A stretch of DNA of 64,000 bases from the NCBI GenBank assembly GCA_030141605.1, contig JAQGDQ010000570.1:1-64000 (forward strand), written 5' to 3'. The position numbers were made by a program, and so were the translations under genes. Source of the DNA: Tubiluchus corallicola (lineage: Eukaryota; Animalia; Priapulida). Shown one piece after another: positions 1-13,780 of the stretch. The notes beneath the pieces are model-generated. The model saw only the letters and a list, made by a program, of their open reading frames with translations. It was not told where the DNA came from and searched no databases. Position 1 is the first letter of the stretch; each line of letters opens with the position of its first letter.

Positions 1-572
<572 letters not shown>

Positions 573-825
573 TAGCTCGTCCTATAACTTATATTCAATG
601 CACAGCTTGAGGCACAGATCAATTATCTTCAAGTTTTTCAGACTGCAACGTTCTCCAAGTTTCTCTAATTGGACGCACGCCGTGATCTTGTCAGATAAAT
701 GTAATCCCCGGGAATAAATTCCAATCGTAGCAACTTATTAACCAATAATTACTGCCTTGAATGAAGTCATTAAGATTCAGAGACCTTTTCTAAAACGCAT
801 ATCTAATACAGGGTGTGGGCGGTGT

Positions 826-1370
826 TAAAAACGAAAAGAAGACCGGGCGACGATTGTTTAGACTCAATCTCATTTTAATTTACTGTCCAAAATATACGTT
901 TTCTTGCGTATAAAAGTTAGCAGTTGTTTCTTATATTTAAATAATTAGCTTAGAAAGTTAATTAACGGTAACCGAACACAGCTATTGCTTACGTCAGAAA
1001 CTAACCACAGTTTGTGCAATGGTAGGCGTCTTCCCTTGCGCGTCAAGCCGTTTGCGTAAGTGTTACTGTTTAAATGCGTGATGTCATGAAAATGGGCTCT
1101 ACATCATATGACGTCAGAAACTAACACAGCAGTTCATGATCGTGGTTATCACGGCACCTCTTTCTATTTGTCGGCCACGCGAATGTGACAAAAAGGCGCC
1201 GCTGCCAATCTTAGTAGATTAGCTTTGAAAGTTTAACGAAATTTAAGTATCCGAGGTAATTATTATTTAATCTAAGCTTTGATTTAAAATAAGCTATTGT
1301 AATTTTCAGTATTTTAGAGCATTCTTTATTCTGAACTAATGTTGACACAATCATCCATTTTTCTTTTAAA
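826..1370 (+). mobile_element. Degenerate copy of the Kolobok-like MITE at 23205-23747
   Basis: Colinear similarity over ~520 bp (gattgtttagactcaatctcattttaattt…gcattctttattctgaact) with eroded termini. Confidence 0.85.
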
Positions 1371-1449
1371 TTATAATAGACGCCGTTTATTAAAATTGAA
1401 ATCAGTCATCTATTTTTAGCTTCCTGTTGTTAGCTAACTTACCCTTCCA

Positions 1450-2308
1450 GTAGGTTGTGCTTGCCGGAATCACTAGACTAACCATTTCTTGAACACGGTC
1501 TACCTCCCACTTCAACAAATTCCTCGAGCTGGGGTCATTTGACTAACTGTCTCTTGGACGTGGCCTGCCCTACCTTCTAACAAATTGCACTTGCTGGAAT
1601 CACTTGACTAACCATTCATTGAACGTGGCCTCCTTCTTCCTCTAACAAATTGCATTTGCTGGAATCACTTGTCTAACAATTTCTTGGTCGTGGCTTACCT
1701 TACTCTTGAAAATATTGTGCTTATCAGAAGCATATAATTAACCATTTATTGAATGTGAATTCCCTCCCCCTCTAACAAATTGCATTTGCTGGAATCACTT
1801 GTCCAACAATTTCTTTTTTAACTGGCCAGGGGAATTTTAATAGCTTTTTGTATAGACTTAATATGTGTGATACTTGTTTATGTCCATGTAGAGAAGAAGG
1901 GCAAACTCCTCGGCACATTTTACTCAGATGCAATAAAGTAGATAATACAAAAAGAATGCGTTTCATAGAAATAGCTGATGCCAATTATGCAGGTAATATT
2001 ATGCTTCAATGTGATCAAAATTTAATAATGTCTTTACTAACCTGGTCAGAGATTGTTTTATAATAAATAACTGCTAATTTAGGCCCGCTCGAGTATACAA
2101 AAATAATGTATGTGTATAATGTTCAGTCATGTGTATAATGCTTATGAATAATTTGAAATTAAATCTAATTTAGGTATTATATCTTATCTGTTGTACATAG
2201 TGTGAAACTGCAAATATTTAAAGGATTTGTTATATGAAAATGTAAATTGTTCATCTGAACCTGCAAAAAAGAGCCACCTTTTGTATATATGTTCCTTTTT
2301 GAATAAAG

Positions 2309-2370
<62 letters not shown>

Positions 2371-2427
2371 TATTATAATTATTATTATTATATTATATAT
2401 ATTATATTATATTATATTATTATATTA

Positions 2428-2508
<81 letters not shown>

Positions 2509-2665
2509 AATTATTATAACAATTGTAACCATTTCTTAGACCTGGTGTATTTTCCCCTTTTAACAAATTGTTCTGACCGGAATCACTTGACTAACCATTC
2601 TTTGGGGGAGATTCAGCTCTTCCTCCACTAAATCGTGCCTGCTGGAATCACAAAACTAACCGATT
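1450..2665. repeat. ~65-bp minisatellite (aacaaattgcatttgctggaatcacttgactaaccatttctt…) split by a LINE insertion
   Basis: Units start near 1514, 1578, 1644, 1709 and 1774, and resume at ~2525-2665. Confidence 0.8.
1815..2515 (+). mobile_element. 5'-truncated non-LTR retrotransposon 3' end with (TTA)n tail
   Basis: ORF 1848-2063 has a C-x-C…H-x4-C zinc-knuckle-like motif (CPCREEGQTPRHILLRC) typical of LINE ORF2 C-termini; AATAAA at ~2302 is followed by a (TTA)n tail. Confidence 0.7.
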
Positions 2666-3202
2666 CGTCGACGGCGCCTCAGTCAAGCTTGTGCCGTGAA
2701 AAAAACCAGAATCACGCTGTCGCGTTTCACCAAGAAGCCTGTGAGTGACTTTCAAGCTTCGCGAATTACCCACCCTTTGTGACAAATTGTTCTCAAATGA
2801 AGCTCATTACGTCACGCGTCACGTGACAGTGGTCGCGTTTAACGAGCTGTTTGTGTGTTGAGTGTTGCTATGCGAGATTAAGAAGCTGAATAGAGCGTAT
2901 AGCGGTAATAAACAGCACTCATCAGAGACGTGTAATACATCTCAGAGGCACTGTACCGTATGAAATGTAACTAGTCCTTGCTTAAATGGAGGATAACGCA
3001 ATTAATGTACGTTTACTGCATGGAACTCGAAGCAAATTCGTGAAAAGCTCAAGGCAATGATGACAATTTTTGGCTGCTGCGATGTTTAAATTGCATGTGA
3101 GCCACAAAATTGTTGTTATTGTTGTGCTTTGGGAATTTCTCAATCTTGCTTTTGGTACTGAAACACACCATCTCACCATATCTCACTTTAGCAAAGGCTG
3201 CA

Positions 3203-3490
3203 GTAGTAGTGGTAGTGGTAGTGGTAGAGGTAGTGGTAGAGGTACAGGTAGTGGTAGTGGTAGTGGTAGTGGTAGTGGTAGTTGTAGTAGTAGAGGTAGT
3301 GGTAGTGGTAGTGGTAGTAGTAGTGGTAGTGGTAGTGGTAGTGGTTGTGGTAGTGGTAGTGGTTGTCGCAGTGGTAGAGGTAGAGGTAGTGATAGTGATA
3401 GAGGTAAAAATAGTGGTATTGGTATTGGTAGTAGTGTTGTGGTACTGGTATTGGTAGTGGTAGTGGTAGTAGTAGTAATAGTAGTAGTAG
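3203..3490. repeat. (TAG/TGG)n and (GGTAGT)n microsatellite, probably a minus-strand retroelement tail
   Basis: Direct inspection; immediately followed by tttatt (AATAAA on the minus strand). Confidence 0.9.
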
Positions 3491-3802
3491 TTTATTGGCC
3501 ACAAAATTAATATTTACAATCTTTGACAAGGATAGCAGAATTGAAATATTTCATAGTCCAAAATTTTCTCCTTTTCAGAAAACAGCAACATTATACAAAG
3601 GTAAAAAAAATGATCACAATAACAAATTTTCATTCAGCGTCAGCGAAAAAAGATATGAAGCTATGATAATGACTGAGCTGAAACTAGAAGATGATTTACC
3701 AATGTTCACAAAAACAAGGTAAATGAGCTTACAGAATTTTACAGAATTATAACGCATCACTATGGTACTTGCAAAAATGAGTGTTTTCTTACTCATAAGC
3801 TT

Positions 3803-4165
3803 TTCTTCTTCTTCTTCCCAGCTTTTCCCTATGCGGGGTCGCCGTTGTGAATAAGTTTTCTCCATGCATTCCTGTTGTTGACCATCTCTTCATTTATGTT
3901 ATTCTCTCTAAGGTCGCCGTTTATGCATTCAAACCATCTCAGCTTGGGTCGTTCTCTTTTTCTATTTCCCAGCACTTCCATTTCCATGGCCTCCCTTCCC
4001 ACGTGATCTTCCCCGACTCTCCTTCTCAGGTGCCCATACCATCGCAATCTTGCCTCTTGTATCTTTTTCGAGGCTTCCACTACTTTCACTGTTCCTCTAA
4101 TATTACTATTCCTGATTTTATCCCTTCTTGTTACTCCCACCATCCATCTCAATTTCCTCATCTCC
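3803..4165 (-). mobile_element. RTE-clade LINE 3' fragment with (GAA)n tail
   Basis: ORF 3829-4161 (LRWMVGVTRRDKIRN…IR…RLRWYGHLRRR…RPKLRW…AWR) is the typical RTE ORF2 C-terminus. Confidence 0.88.
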
Positions 4166-4509
4166 TGTCAGGAATATTTAAGAAGTGTTAGCTATCTTAT
4201 CTTTTAAATAATTTTAAATAAGCTTTTAAAATGTTAAAACAAATCTCAGTTGCCAAATTGGAATTCCTAATTGACGTTAAGGAGATAAAGTCTACGCTGC
4301 CAAATCTACTTCTAGTTTCAGCTGTTAAATGAAAGTCTATCAAAACGTGATTTTCAGTTTGGATTTCTCCCCAATTACAGAGGAACTTAGTTTATGTAAC
4401 GAAGTTACTGGAACAAGTTCCTCTTTCAGGAATTTAGAACTGGAACTAGTTCATTGTAACAAAATGGAACTTGCAACTGGAACCACTTTATTGTAACAAA
4501 ACAAAATTT

Positions 4510-4870
4510 TAGGAAACTTGAATTAGTTTACTGTAACGAAATGGAACTTGAGGAAACTGGAATTAGTTTACTGTAACGAAATGGAACTTGAGGAAACTGG
4601 AATTAGTTAATTGTAACGAAATGGAACTTGAGGAAACTGGAATTAGTTAATTGTAACGAAATGGAACTTGAGGAAACTTGAATTAGTTTACTGTAACGAA
4701 ATGGAACTTGAGGAAACTGGAATTAGTTTATTGTAACGAAATGGAACTTGAGGAAACTGGAATTAGTTTATTGTAACGAAATGGAACTTGAGGAAACTTG
4801 AATTAGTATACTGTAACGAAATGGAATTTGAGGAAACTGGAATTAGTTTATTGTAACGGAATGGAACTTG
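4510..4870. repeat. 40-bp tandem repeat, ~9 copies, with degenerate flanking copies
   Basis: Unit aattagtttactgtaacgaaatggaacttgaggaaactgg. Confidence 0.95.
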
Positions 4871-5447
4871 GAAACAGAACCTGCTCATTGTAAATAAATG
4901 TCAAATTGAAAGAGGAACTAGTTCGTTATGACAAAGTAAAAGTTGAAACTGGAACTAGGACCTCTTGTCACAGACGACCTTGGAACTAAAATAAGTTCAT
5001 TTCCGTGTTCCACCTAGAGTTAACTTTTCCTAATTTTTGCATTTTTGACATGTTTGTCCTGGATCTCTTTGATCAGGCACCTGCAAAAAGTAAAATTTTT
5101 TGTTGTCAGGAATATTTAAGAAGTGTTTAGCACGGATTATCCTGCACATAATAGAGAGAAAACAAAGAATCAAACAAGAACTGAATAAAGTTCTTTTCGT
5201 GTAAAGGAACATGAAACTGAAGCCACTTCCGTTCTAGAAGTTGCAGAAACTGGGAACTCGAATTAGTTCCTTTTGTCAGGGAAGAACTTAGAAATTAAAT
5301 TAGTTCTTTTTTGCCGGAGAAAAGGAAATCGGAACTAGTTATCTAAAACTGAGCGACTTTTAAATGTATTAAAATTAGTTGGTTTAAATTGTATTTATTA
5401 CACGGAAAATAGAAATAATACATACATGAACAACTGAAATCGTTTAA

Positions 5448-5904
5448 CCCTTTCATAACCGTTGCATCCCGTGGGATACGAGAATATTTTCTGCCTTTAA
5501 AATTAATAAAATTTTGAAACTGACAGTTATTTGATCTGTTAATAGTTATTTTGATTTAAGCCAATAAGAGTAGACTAAAAATAGTGATAAAATGGCAAAC
5601 TAAAAAATCTACATAGCACAAAAAACTGTGCAAGGTACAGTACTTTAGAGACGACTTTGTACAGATCAGCATAGCACGCATACTAAATGTCTTAAATACT
5701 TTAAAAAATTATCAGCAGTTGCAAAATGAAGCACATTTTATGTTTCCATTGAATCCCAATGTATCCCGTGGGATACGGGCTATATTTAGCACACGGGCAC
5801 AGGCAGAAAAAAATAATTATGTGTAAACAAGATGGACATACTGAACAAAAGTACCAAGCCAAAAAAAATTTTCTTATTAAAAAAATAATTTGGGACTGAA
5901 AGGG
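5448..5904 (+). mobile_element. piggyBac-like non-autonomous element
   Basis: TTAA|CCCTTTCA left end and TGAAAGGG right end (right TSD degenerate); subterminal palindrome atcccgtgggatac occurs twice (~5466, ~5763). Confidence 0.55.
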
Positions 5905-6059
5905 AATTACGAATGCGTCTCGAAAAGGAAGATTAGAAGCAAATAAACAAGTAAATAAAAAGTTGGTAAACTGTCCAGCAGAGGGAAGTACTTCCTGTAG
6001 TACTTCTACTGCAGCAGTCATACCACAATCCTGGTACAGATTATGCAAAACAAAGCATC

Positions 6060-6403
6060 ATTGATAAATCTTTAGAGCTGATGTCAACATAGCACAATGT
6101 CTACTTTCTTCCTACCATTTCCACTAACACATCCTTCTACCCTTCCTGTGTGATCTTAACCTTTCTCCCTGTTCTTTTTTTTGTTCACTCATCCATTCTT
6201 TTTTATCGGGTTCACATGACAGTGGGCTTATACAAGCCTTTGCTTCTCTAGCCCACTGCAGTACAATTATTCTCTTATGATAACGACAGTGTATGAAACA
6301 TAATAATTTAATACAGTATGATGTAATAATTTTGATGTCACTGTGCGCTTAATGTCATTATATTGTACTGAATGTGATAATAATAAACTAAAACTAAAAC
6401 TAA
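6060..6403 (+). mobile_element. L2/CR1-like LINE 3' UTR with stem-loop and (CTAAAA)n tail
   Basis: cagtgggct…agcccactg stem, AATAAA, then actaaaactaaaactaaa. Confidence 0.5.
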
Positions 6404-6986
6404 ACAGTTTGTAGAACTAATTACTAATTTTTTACGACTCCCATGAAGATGCTTTTAACGCTATAATAAAAGCTATCGGGAAATGTAATAACTCCTCGCA
6501 AAGTGCTTAGCATTGCTGTCAGAAGCAATCAATTTTTTTTCATAAAAACTGCCAGATACTGTAAACTCAAGTGCATTACGGCGCATACAAGTTAGCGAGT
6601 TTACTAGCCAAGTGACTCGCTAAGTAACTCTCCGGCGTGTTCAGACTAGACAGCAGAACTTGTTGCAAGTTACTCTCGCACAGTAAATGCGAGCTGACAC
6701 TCACTTCTATTCATTGGGAGAAGTGTAGAGAGTAACTATCCAAGCTGTTCACACTAGAGAGTAAATAAACTCGCCAAAGCGTTCACACTACACAGTAAAT
6801 CAACTCGCAGCAACTGTCGGAGAGATTGCAATTTCTTGCCGACAGTAACTCGCAAAGGAGCTCACACTGTTAGCAAAACACCAGGGACTTTTACCGTTTT
6901 TTTATTGTTTTCCGTTTTCTGGGAGAGAGGGAGTACAAAAAAATGAGTAATAGTGCAGAACAATTTATTTCAAGAAGGTTCTGTTA

Positions 6987-7362
<376 letters not shown>

Positions 7363-8908
7363 TCGATATCTATTTTGTTTTTCTGTTGTTAATCTATGTT
7401 GTTAACCTAATCATTATTGCTTTAGGAATTCCTTGATAGGGTAAATTGTTCTATGCTATTATTCGTTGTTTCTGTACCCCCTAGCAAAAGGTTTTGCACC
7501 ACCCTGCACGTTTTTGCACGTGTTTTGACCACTATACAGTAAACATTAATTTTGTGGACCAATTTAAATACTTAAAAAAATCAAATGTATCTTTAATTTC
7601 TTTCACAACTAAGTCGCCACACAGATTGTTTCTTTTAAGACGCCATAAGCTTGAAACCTAAACACGTGATGCAAAATCACTGCGTTTAAACACGTCGCTT
7701 ACAGATGGCAGCACTAGTAATCAATAATGTGAGCCGTATGCTAATGACTTGTACGTTAGTAATAAATTGTTACTCAGAAAAAAAGCTTAAAAAGCTTAAA
7801 AACAGCCATAAAAATTTAACACAATGGATATAATTTATATATTTCTAGACACGGGGAGAAATTGCTTTAAATTTCGTTTGTTTTATTTTTGTTGAACTTT
7901 CTAAAAATGCGAAGTTTAAAATTGTGTTTTTGCAACTCAGAAAAGGAAATTTTTCCAAACAGTAAATTTTCGCAACATTTCCTTTTCTGTGTTGTGAAAG
8001 TACAATTTTAGCATCACATTTTTATAAAGTTCAGCAAGAATGAAACAAAAAAAAAAAAACGTACGACTAGATTTTTCAACAAAATATTGAACATGTTTAA
8101 CTTCTCCCGACTCACTATCTCTTTTCTCTCTCTCCTTCCCCTTATCTCCCTCTTTCTTTCTCTTCTCCCTCCCACTCCTCCTTGTGTGTAGAACGTGTAT
8201 ACATTCATTGTTATTCAGTTATTCATTGTTATTCATTGTTATTCATTTGTTATTCTGTTAAATTTATATGCTTTTTTGACCTGTATTTTTTGTTTTATTA
8301 AAGAATTTGCGCGTAATGTTTTTACTTAACTATCGTGTTGATAAACCTCGGTTTTTTCTTTTCCATTTTCACACACGATTCTGATTGTGTCTGTCAAGGA
8401 CAAGAACAAATGTGGGTCGCCATGTGTTGTACGTAAGATACAAGATGTAAAAACAATTTATTTCTCTTATGTCACTTCAGTTTGTACTTAAATGATCTCC
8501 ACGGCAGCAACTAAATCGCTTTTCGCGAGACGAAAATCTTTCGCCTACGTTTCCCCAAGGAATAGCGGAAATAGACTAATTTTGCTGGATTCAGAAAGTG
8601 ATTACTCCACTTTACAGGTTTTCTTTAAATAATTAATTTTACTGCCGCCCACGCGTCGCATTTGAAAGAGATTAGCTCAATGAAAATTACGTCAAAAAAT
8701 CCAGCTGCTCAACTTCAGAGGTGGTTCTTTTGAGGCACAATGTCAAAACATAGGCGTCACTGCATGATGAAGCCAAAGCCACAGCCTTGTAAGAAAGGTT
8801 TCAAATAGAAATATTTTAATTATGTGTCTATTTATAAGCCTGGTTACCGTAATACGTATGTTACAACAGGTTTTATTAGAGGCTGTGACATTGCCAGAGA
8901 ATGAAGAG

Positions 8909-8910
<2 letters not shown>

Positions 8911-8974
<64 letters not shown>

Positions 8975-8989
8975 AAGAGAGAGAGAAAG

Positions 8990-9027
<38 letters not shown>
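8911..9027. repeat. (GA)n microsatellite
   Basis: Direct inspection. Confidence 0.98.
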
Positions 9028-9030
<3 letters not shown>

Positions 9031-9339
9031 AGGGGGAGAGGATGATTATTATAATTATAATTCTTTATTTAAAATTTAAAATTACACACATATACAATAT
9101 TTACATATATACATTGTAGAGACCTATTTGTAAGGTATTATAAACTACTGTTATTTGCAAAATTTATTATTACATATTACATATTGTTACATATTACTAT
9201 TACTATTACAATATATTATATTGATAAAAGTTTAATATACTAATAGGTAATAGATCTCTCTCTCTTTTACGGTGCACCATTGATCTTCAACTTCGTCCAA
9301 AACACGGGCGTGTGGGACACTAGTAAAAATATTTTAAGT

Positions 9340-9888
9340 GGTGTATACACCTGTCCATGGTCCTATGTATGAAATACTAATTAACATCGGTCAGCCAGTA
9401 TTGCTGAATTGTAACTGTGGATTTCGATTTGAGTCTGTTGAACACTTTTTGTTGCACTGCCCATTGTATTAACAAACTAGGTTTGTTATGTTTGATAAAT
9501 TAAATGAAATACTTCTGCCTGAAAACCTTAATATAGCTGCCTTAGGAGCTAATGATGAATTTAACTATGTTGCTAACTGTAAAATATTCCAAAGCATACA
9601 TGACTTTATAAAACCGTACTAAACGCTTCCAGTAGTTTCTATCTGATATGAAATGCATCAGTCTTAAATATTCGTTCAATAATATTTTCTAACCGTCATT
9701 TTCTACTAATGTCTAATGTAATCTTGTAGTAAAACTTGTCAGCTTATGTAGTTGTAGTCTATTCTTACTGTAAATGTTTTTATAAATAGTGTATAAAGTC
9801 TGTTTTGGTGAGGATCCTACATCATGTTGTTCAAACTGTCTGATCCAATCCTATAATAAATTATGTTTAAACTAAACTAATACTAAAA
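9340..9888 (+). mobile_element. CR1/L2-like LINE 3' fragment
   Basis: Degenerate frame encodes CNCGFRFESVEHFLLHCPLY (CCHC motif); AATAAA and a short (AAACT)n tail at the end. Confidence 0.7.
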
Positions 9889-10436
9889 CAATGTGAAGTT
9901 TTTTCGATGATTTTTGCTCTACCATCCCTTCACAGTTGGAATAAAGATGTTTAGCGTTTGAGTACTATGGAACGAGTCCTTACAACAAGTCGCATGGGGA
10001 TTCTAAGTTTATTATCTCTGAAAACTGGAGGCGAGGTTCAGTTTTGTCCAAATCACTGTGCGCGCTGTATTGTAGCAACATTTATAGGGTTATAATATTC
10101 ATGAGCTCGTGAATTATAAATGCCTCTGAGCGCATTGCGATATTTCCAGAACTCAGAATAAGCCATGAAACCATTGTGTGCATTCTATATGTACTAATAA
10201 ATCTTTAATGATATCGAATATAATGCATAATATTTCGGTGAGCGAGCAGCGGAAATGTAAATTCATTTGTTCCAGCGTTGAATGTTTGCTATACGTAAGG
10301 GAAATGGCCAAATAGGTATGGTTCTTTCAAGTCGCGTTGAAAGACGTGTAAGAAAATCATGATGACATCTTGTTACAAAATTTATGATCGACGTCCTGTT
10401 TTATGTCTTGGTTTTAAGCGGTCCTATTCATATTGG

Positions 10437-11330
10437 TTTGTTGTTGTTGTTGTTGTTGTTGTTGTTGATGATGTTGATGTTGTTGGTGCTGTTGCTTTTG
10501 TCGCTGCTGCTGTTGTTGTTGTTGGTGGTGGTGGTGATGGTGGTGCTGCCGCTGTTGTTGTTGTTGTTGTTGTTGGCGGTGTTGGTGCTGTTGTTGTTGT
10601 TGGTGGTGGCGCTGCTGCTTCTGCCGCTGTTATTATTGTTGTTGGTGGTGGTGGTGCTGCTGCTGCTGCTGTTGTTGTTGTTGTTCATGTGTTGGTGCTG
10701 TTACTGTTGCTGTTGCTGTTGCTGCTGCTTCTGTCGCTGCCGCTGTTGTTGTTGTTGGTGGTGGTGGTGCTGCTGCTGTTGCTGTTGTTGCTGTTCGTGT
10801 TGTTGGTGCTGTTACTGTTGCTGTTGTTGTTGTTGTTGGTGGTGGTGCTGCTGCTGTTACCCTGCTGCTGTTGTTGTTGGTTGTTGTTGTTGTTGTTTGT
10901 TTTTGTTATTGGTGGTGGTCGTGGTGTCATCAACATTGCTGTCGTCATTGTTGTTGTTGTTGGTGGTGGTGCTGCTGCTGCTGTTGTTGCTGTTTATGTT
11001 GTTGGTTGTTGTTGTTGTTTTTGTTATTGGTGGTGGTCGTGGTGTCATCAACATTACTGTCGTCGTCGTCATTGTTGCTGTTGTTGGTGGTGGCGGGGTG
11101 GTAAATGTAATGGTGACGTGGTGGTTATTGTATGTGTTTGCTGTTGTTGCTGCCATTGGCATTGCCACTAGATCATCCAGACCCTCACTATGGGAGATCA
11201 TGACTGGTTCTTGTAGTTCACCTACTCATTGATCATCTGCAAATGCCCAGTGTTGTTGTTGTTGTTGTTATGATTATTATTGCTGTAGTTGTTGTTGCTG
11301 CTGCTGTCAGTGCCGTTGCTGCTGTTTTTG
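10437..11330. repeat. Compound (GTT/GCT/GGT)n trinucleotide repeat with internal duplications
   Basis: Direct inspection. Confidence 0.95.
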
Positions 11331-11559
11331 TCATTTCTGCAAAGGATTAACAATCAATCAGACTTTAGCCTAAACATCGTATGCTGTTTAAAATTTTATT
11401 TATTTATTGCGCATGCGCGCGGCCGTTTATAGGGTTGCACTAACGACCATTAATGCACTAAATATAACGTTACGCTTATACATGTAAGAAAACTATGACT
11501 GACTGCTGGTTTCATTCATCCTGTGGTATCGTAACAATAATGCCTATCCTATCGTAGCA

Positions 11560-11921
11560 ATTTGATTCGAGGAAACGAGTTTTTAGTTCGAGTTCGATTC
11601 GAACCTAAAATTACGGATGCGAATAATTCACCACTTCAACTTTTATCACTGAAACGTTTGAAACATTATGCAATCAGCACAATTAGCTGCAATTTTGGTG
11701 CAAAATTTTTAGACAAATTATTTGTGTTTTTACAAAAGAACAAAATCAAGTAATATGCACGACCTTTGTGAGACACTTTTCACTGGCGATTCGAAAATTT
11801 TTAAAACTAAATTGAAATTCGATTGGACCGAAACTTTGAAATATCGGTTTTATTTCTGTACAAAAGTCAAAAATTTTTATTCGATTCAAATCCACTTTCT
11901 TGCAGAGAATGTTCTCCTCTA
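11560..11921 (-). mobile_element. Diverged copy of the hAT MITE at 47283-47649
   Basis: Reverse-complement similarity (ttcgaa-rich subterminal repeats, gagaatgttctcctctag end). Confidence 0.7.
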
Positions 11922-12481
11922 GTAAAGATAAATTTGAGGACTTTATTCTTTGGTTTCCCTAAAATAGCACAGCAGTACCAGAAACCTTTGTCGTCTGTTT
12001 TTCCAGCATAAACCTTTTTCCATTGTAAATTTTATGTCGTTTCACCTGATTTATGGGCATTATTACTGGAAAAACGGAAATCGAAATAAAATTATATCTT
12101 GTTTTTGCACGCAAAACAAGCGAACGTCTGTTATTCCCGTTGGCAGCAATAAAATAATGGTATGGCCGAACACTGAATTACAGCCATTGTATTGCAAGTT
12201 CATTTCCAAGCAAAAATACCGTGGCAGTTCCAGGAATAGGGATTTCTCCTAATCGAGTGGATTTTAATGCTGAGGCTAAGATTTGCTGTTGTTTAAACTT
12301 TAGTTTCTAAATGTTGGTTTTCTTTTCGAACGACTCTTTAACTGGAATAAGAATAAAAGAACAGAATGTCGAAGTTCAATTAAATTCAATTCAAATTTTT
12401 ATTTCGGCAACCAAGACCATATAAAATACAACTACAAGACTAAAATGAAATAAAATACAATGAAATAAAAATTACAAAAGA

Positions 12482-12621
12482 ATACATACATACATACATA
12501 CATACATACATACATACATACATACATACATACATACATACATACATACATACATACATACATACATACATACATACATACATACATACATACATACATA
12601 CACACACACGCGCGCACGCAT

Positions 12622-12686
<65 letters not shown>
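12482..12686. repeat. (TACA)n(CA)n microsatellite
   Basis: Direct inspection. Confidence 0.98.
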
Positions 12687-12688
<2 letters not shown>

Positions 12689-12916
12689 TATATAGGGGTT
12701 AGTAAATTAAATTCTTTAAAAAAATTTAGAGGCTAATTATGTAATAATTCGTTCTATTTCACAAAAAAGTAAGACCTGACAAATCTATGTGAGTTAATAA
12801 TAGCAATTATAATACTATTGCTAGTGCACAGTAGTAACCTATTTCGAACGCTATAACATGATCTTCTGCCAATATGACTAAAAGCCTCATGAGTTATGAC
12901 TAAAACTGCGAAATGA

Positions 12917-13111
12917 AATGCACTTTAAATCTCAAAAATAATCTTAATTTTTCACTGGAAGCTTTTGTTCCTTGCTGATTTCATCTGCTGCACAGAAAAA
13001 TACGATACTAACACTTACATTGTATTTTTCTTTGTGCAGTTGATGAAGTCCGCGAGGTACGAAAGCTTCTGGTGAAAAATTAAGAATATTTTTGAGACTT
13101 AAAGGGCATTT
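12917..13111. repeat. ~195-bp imperfect palindrome (foldback/hairpin MITE-like)
   Basis: aaatgcactttaaatctcaaaaataatcttaatttttcactggaagcttt… pairs with …aaagcttctggtgaaaaattaagaatatttttgagacttaaagggcattt; inner arms tgcacagaaaaatac / gtatttttctttgtgca. Confidence 0.85.
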
Positions 13112-13403
13112 CGGCTTTTTGTTCTTTTATGGCCACGGCAAGTCTTAGAAGAACACTAACTTACTTTTAAGAAATAAGAATAAAACGAGACACTTATTGA
13201 TCTGTTGGTGCTTTTTGACTTTTCGCGAAAATGGAAAGATCAGTCGACCTCTTTCAGATAAATAAGTGGCTTACAATGAAACAGTAGTTTTGATAGATTA
13301 ATTTTTCTTCGTATATAAAACATACTCTCAGGTTAGCACACAGTTTATTCTCTCGATGCCCACTAAGGCGAAAGTTTCTGAAATAATATGTAATCTTTGA
13401 TAT

Positions 13404-13780
13404 TTTTACGAAGGCAGATTATGACCAACCCCCTAATGTTAATAATGGGCATGGTTGAGAAGCCCAGTAATGCAAATGTACCTGTATAAAACAGAATGCA
13501 TGCCGTAATTTGACGATTCCAACCTGGCCTTTCTGTCTGTAAGGGTGAATGCTGTAGGTTTGCTGATTTTTATACAAAAAGTCTGTTCACATGTCATGGA
13601 GCTACTGGTTGTGCATTAAAGTTTAATTTACATTTGTATTCTTTTTACTTTTCTCGTCTGCTGTAAAGTATTTCATAACTTGTATGCCGCTCTATACATC
13701 CTGAGACGGATCCGCGCTGGAACCGGATCCGTTACACTGGTGTCAGAAGTGGGATCCGCGCTGGAACCGGATCCGTTACA
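13404..13780 (+). mobile_element. Gypsy-type LTR + tRNA-Leu PBS + 3' LTR tip (internally deleted element), ATAT TSD
   Basis: The LTR ends in GTTACA at 13736, followed by TGGTGTCAGAAGTGGGAT (complementary to a tRNA-Leu 3' end) and a repeat of the last ~29 nt of the LTR. ATAT at 13400-13403 and 13781-13784. Confidence 0.85.

Noticed and set aside
3049-3529. Poly-T/V and GS-repeat ORFs, including an apparent signal peptide + GS linker + TM protein (also 16248-16662)
   Set aside because: Open in most frames on both strands because of the (TAG/TGG)n repeat, which is best explained as a retroelement tail.
4510-4870. Possible CRISPR-like arrays (also 56220-56595 and 58000-58520)
   Set aside because: Head-to-tail units with no unique spacers, in a eukaryotic context without cas genes.
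10359-11232. Long poly-V/L/C/N ORFs (also 6943-7405 and 36556-36828)
   Set aside because: Trinucleotide-repeat artefacts.
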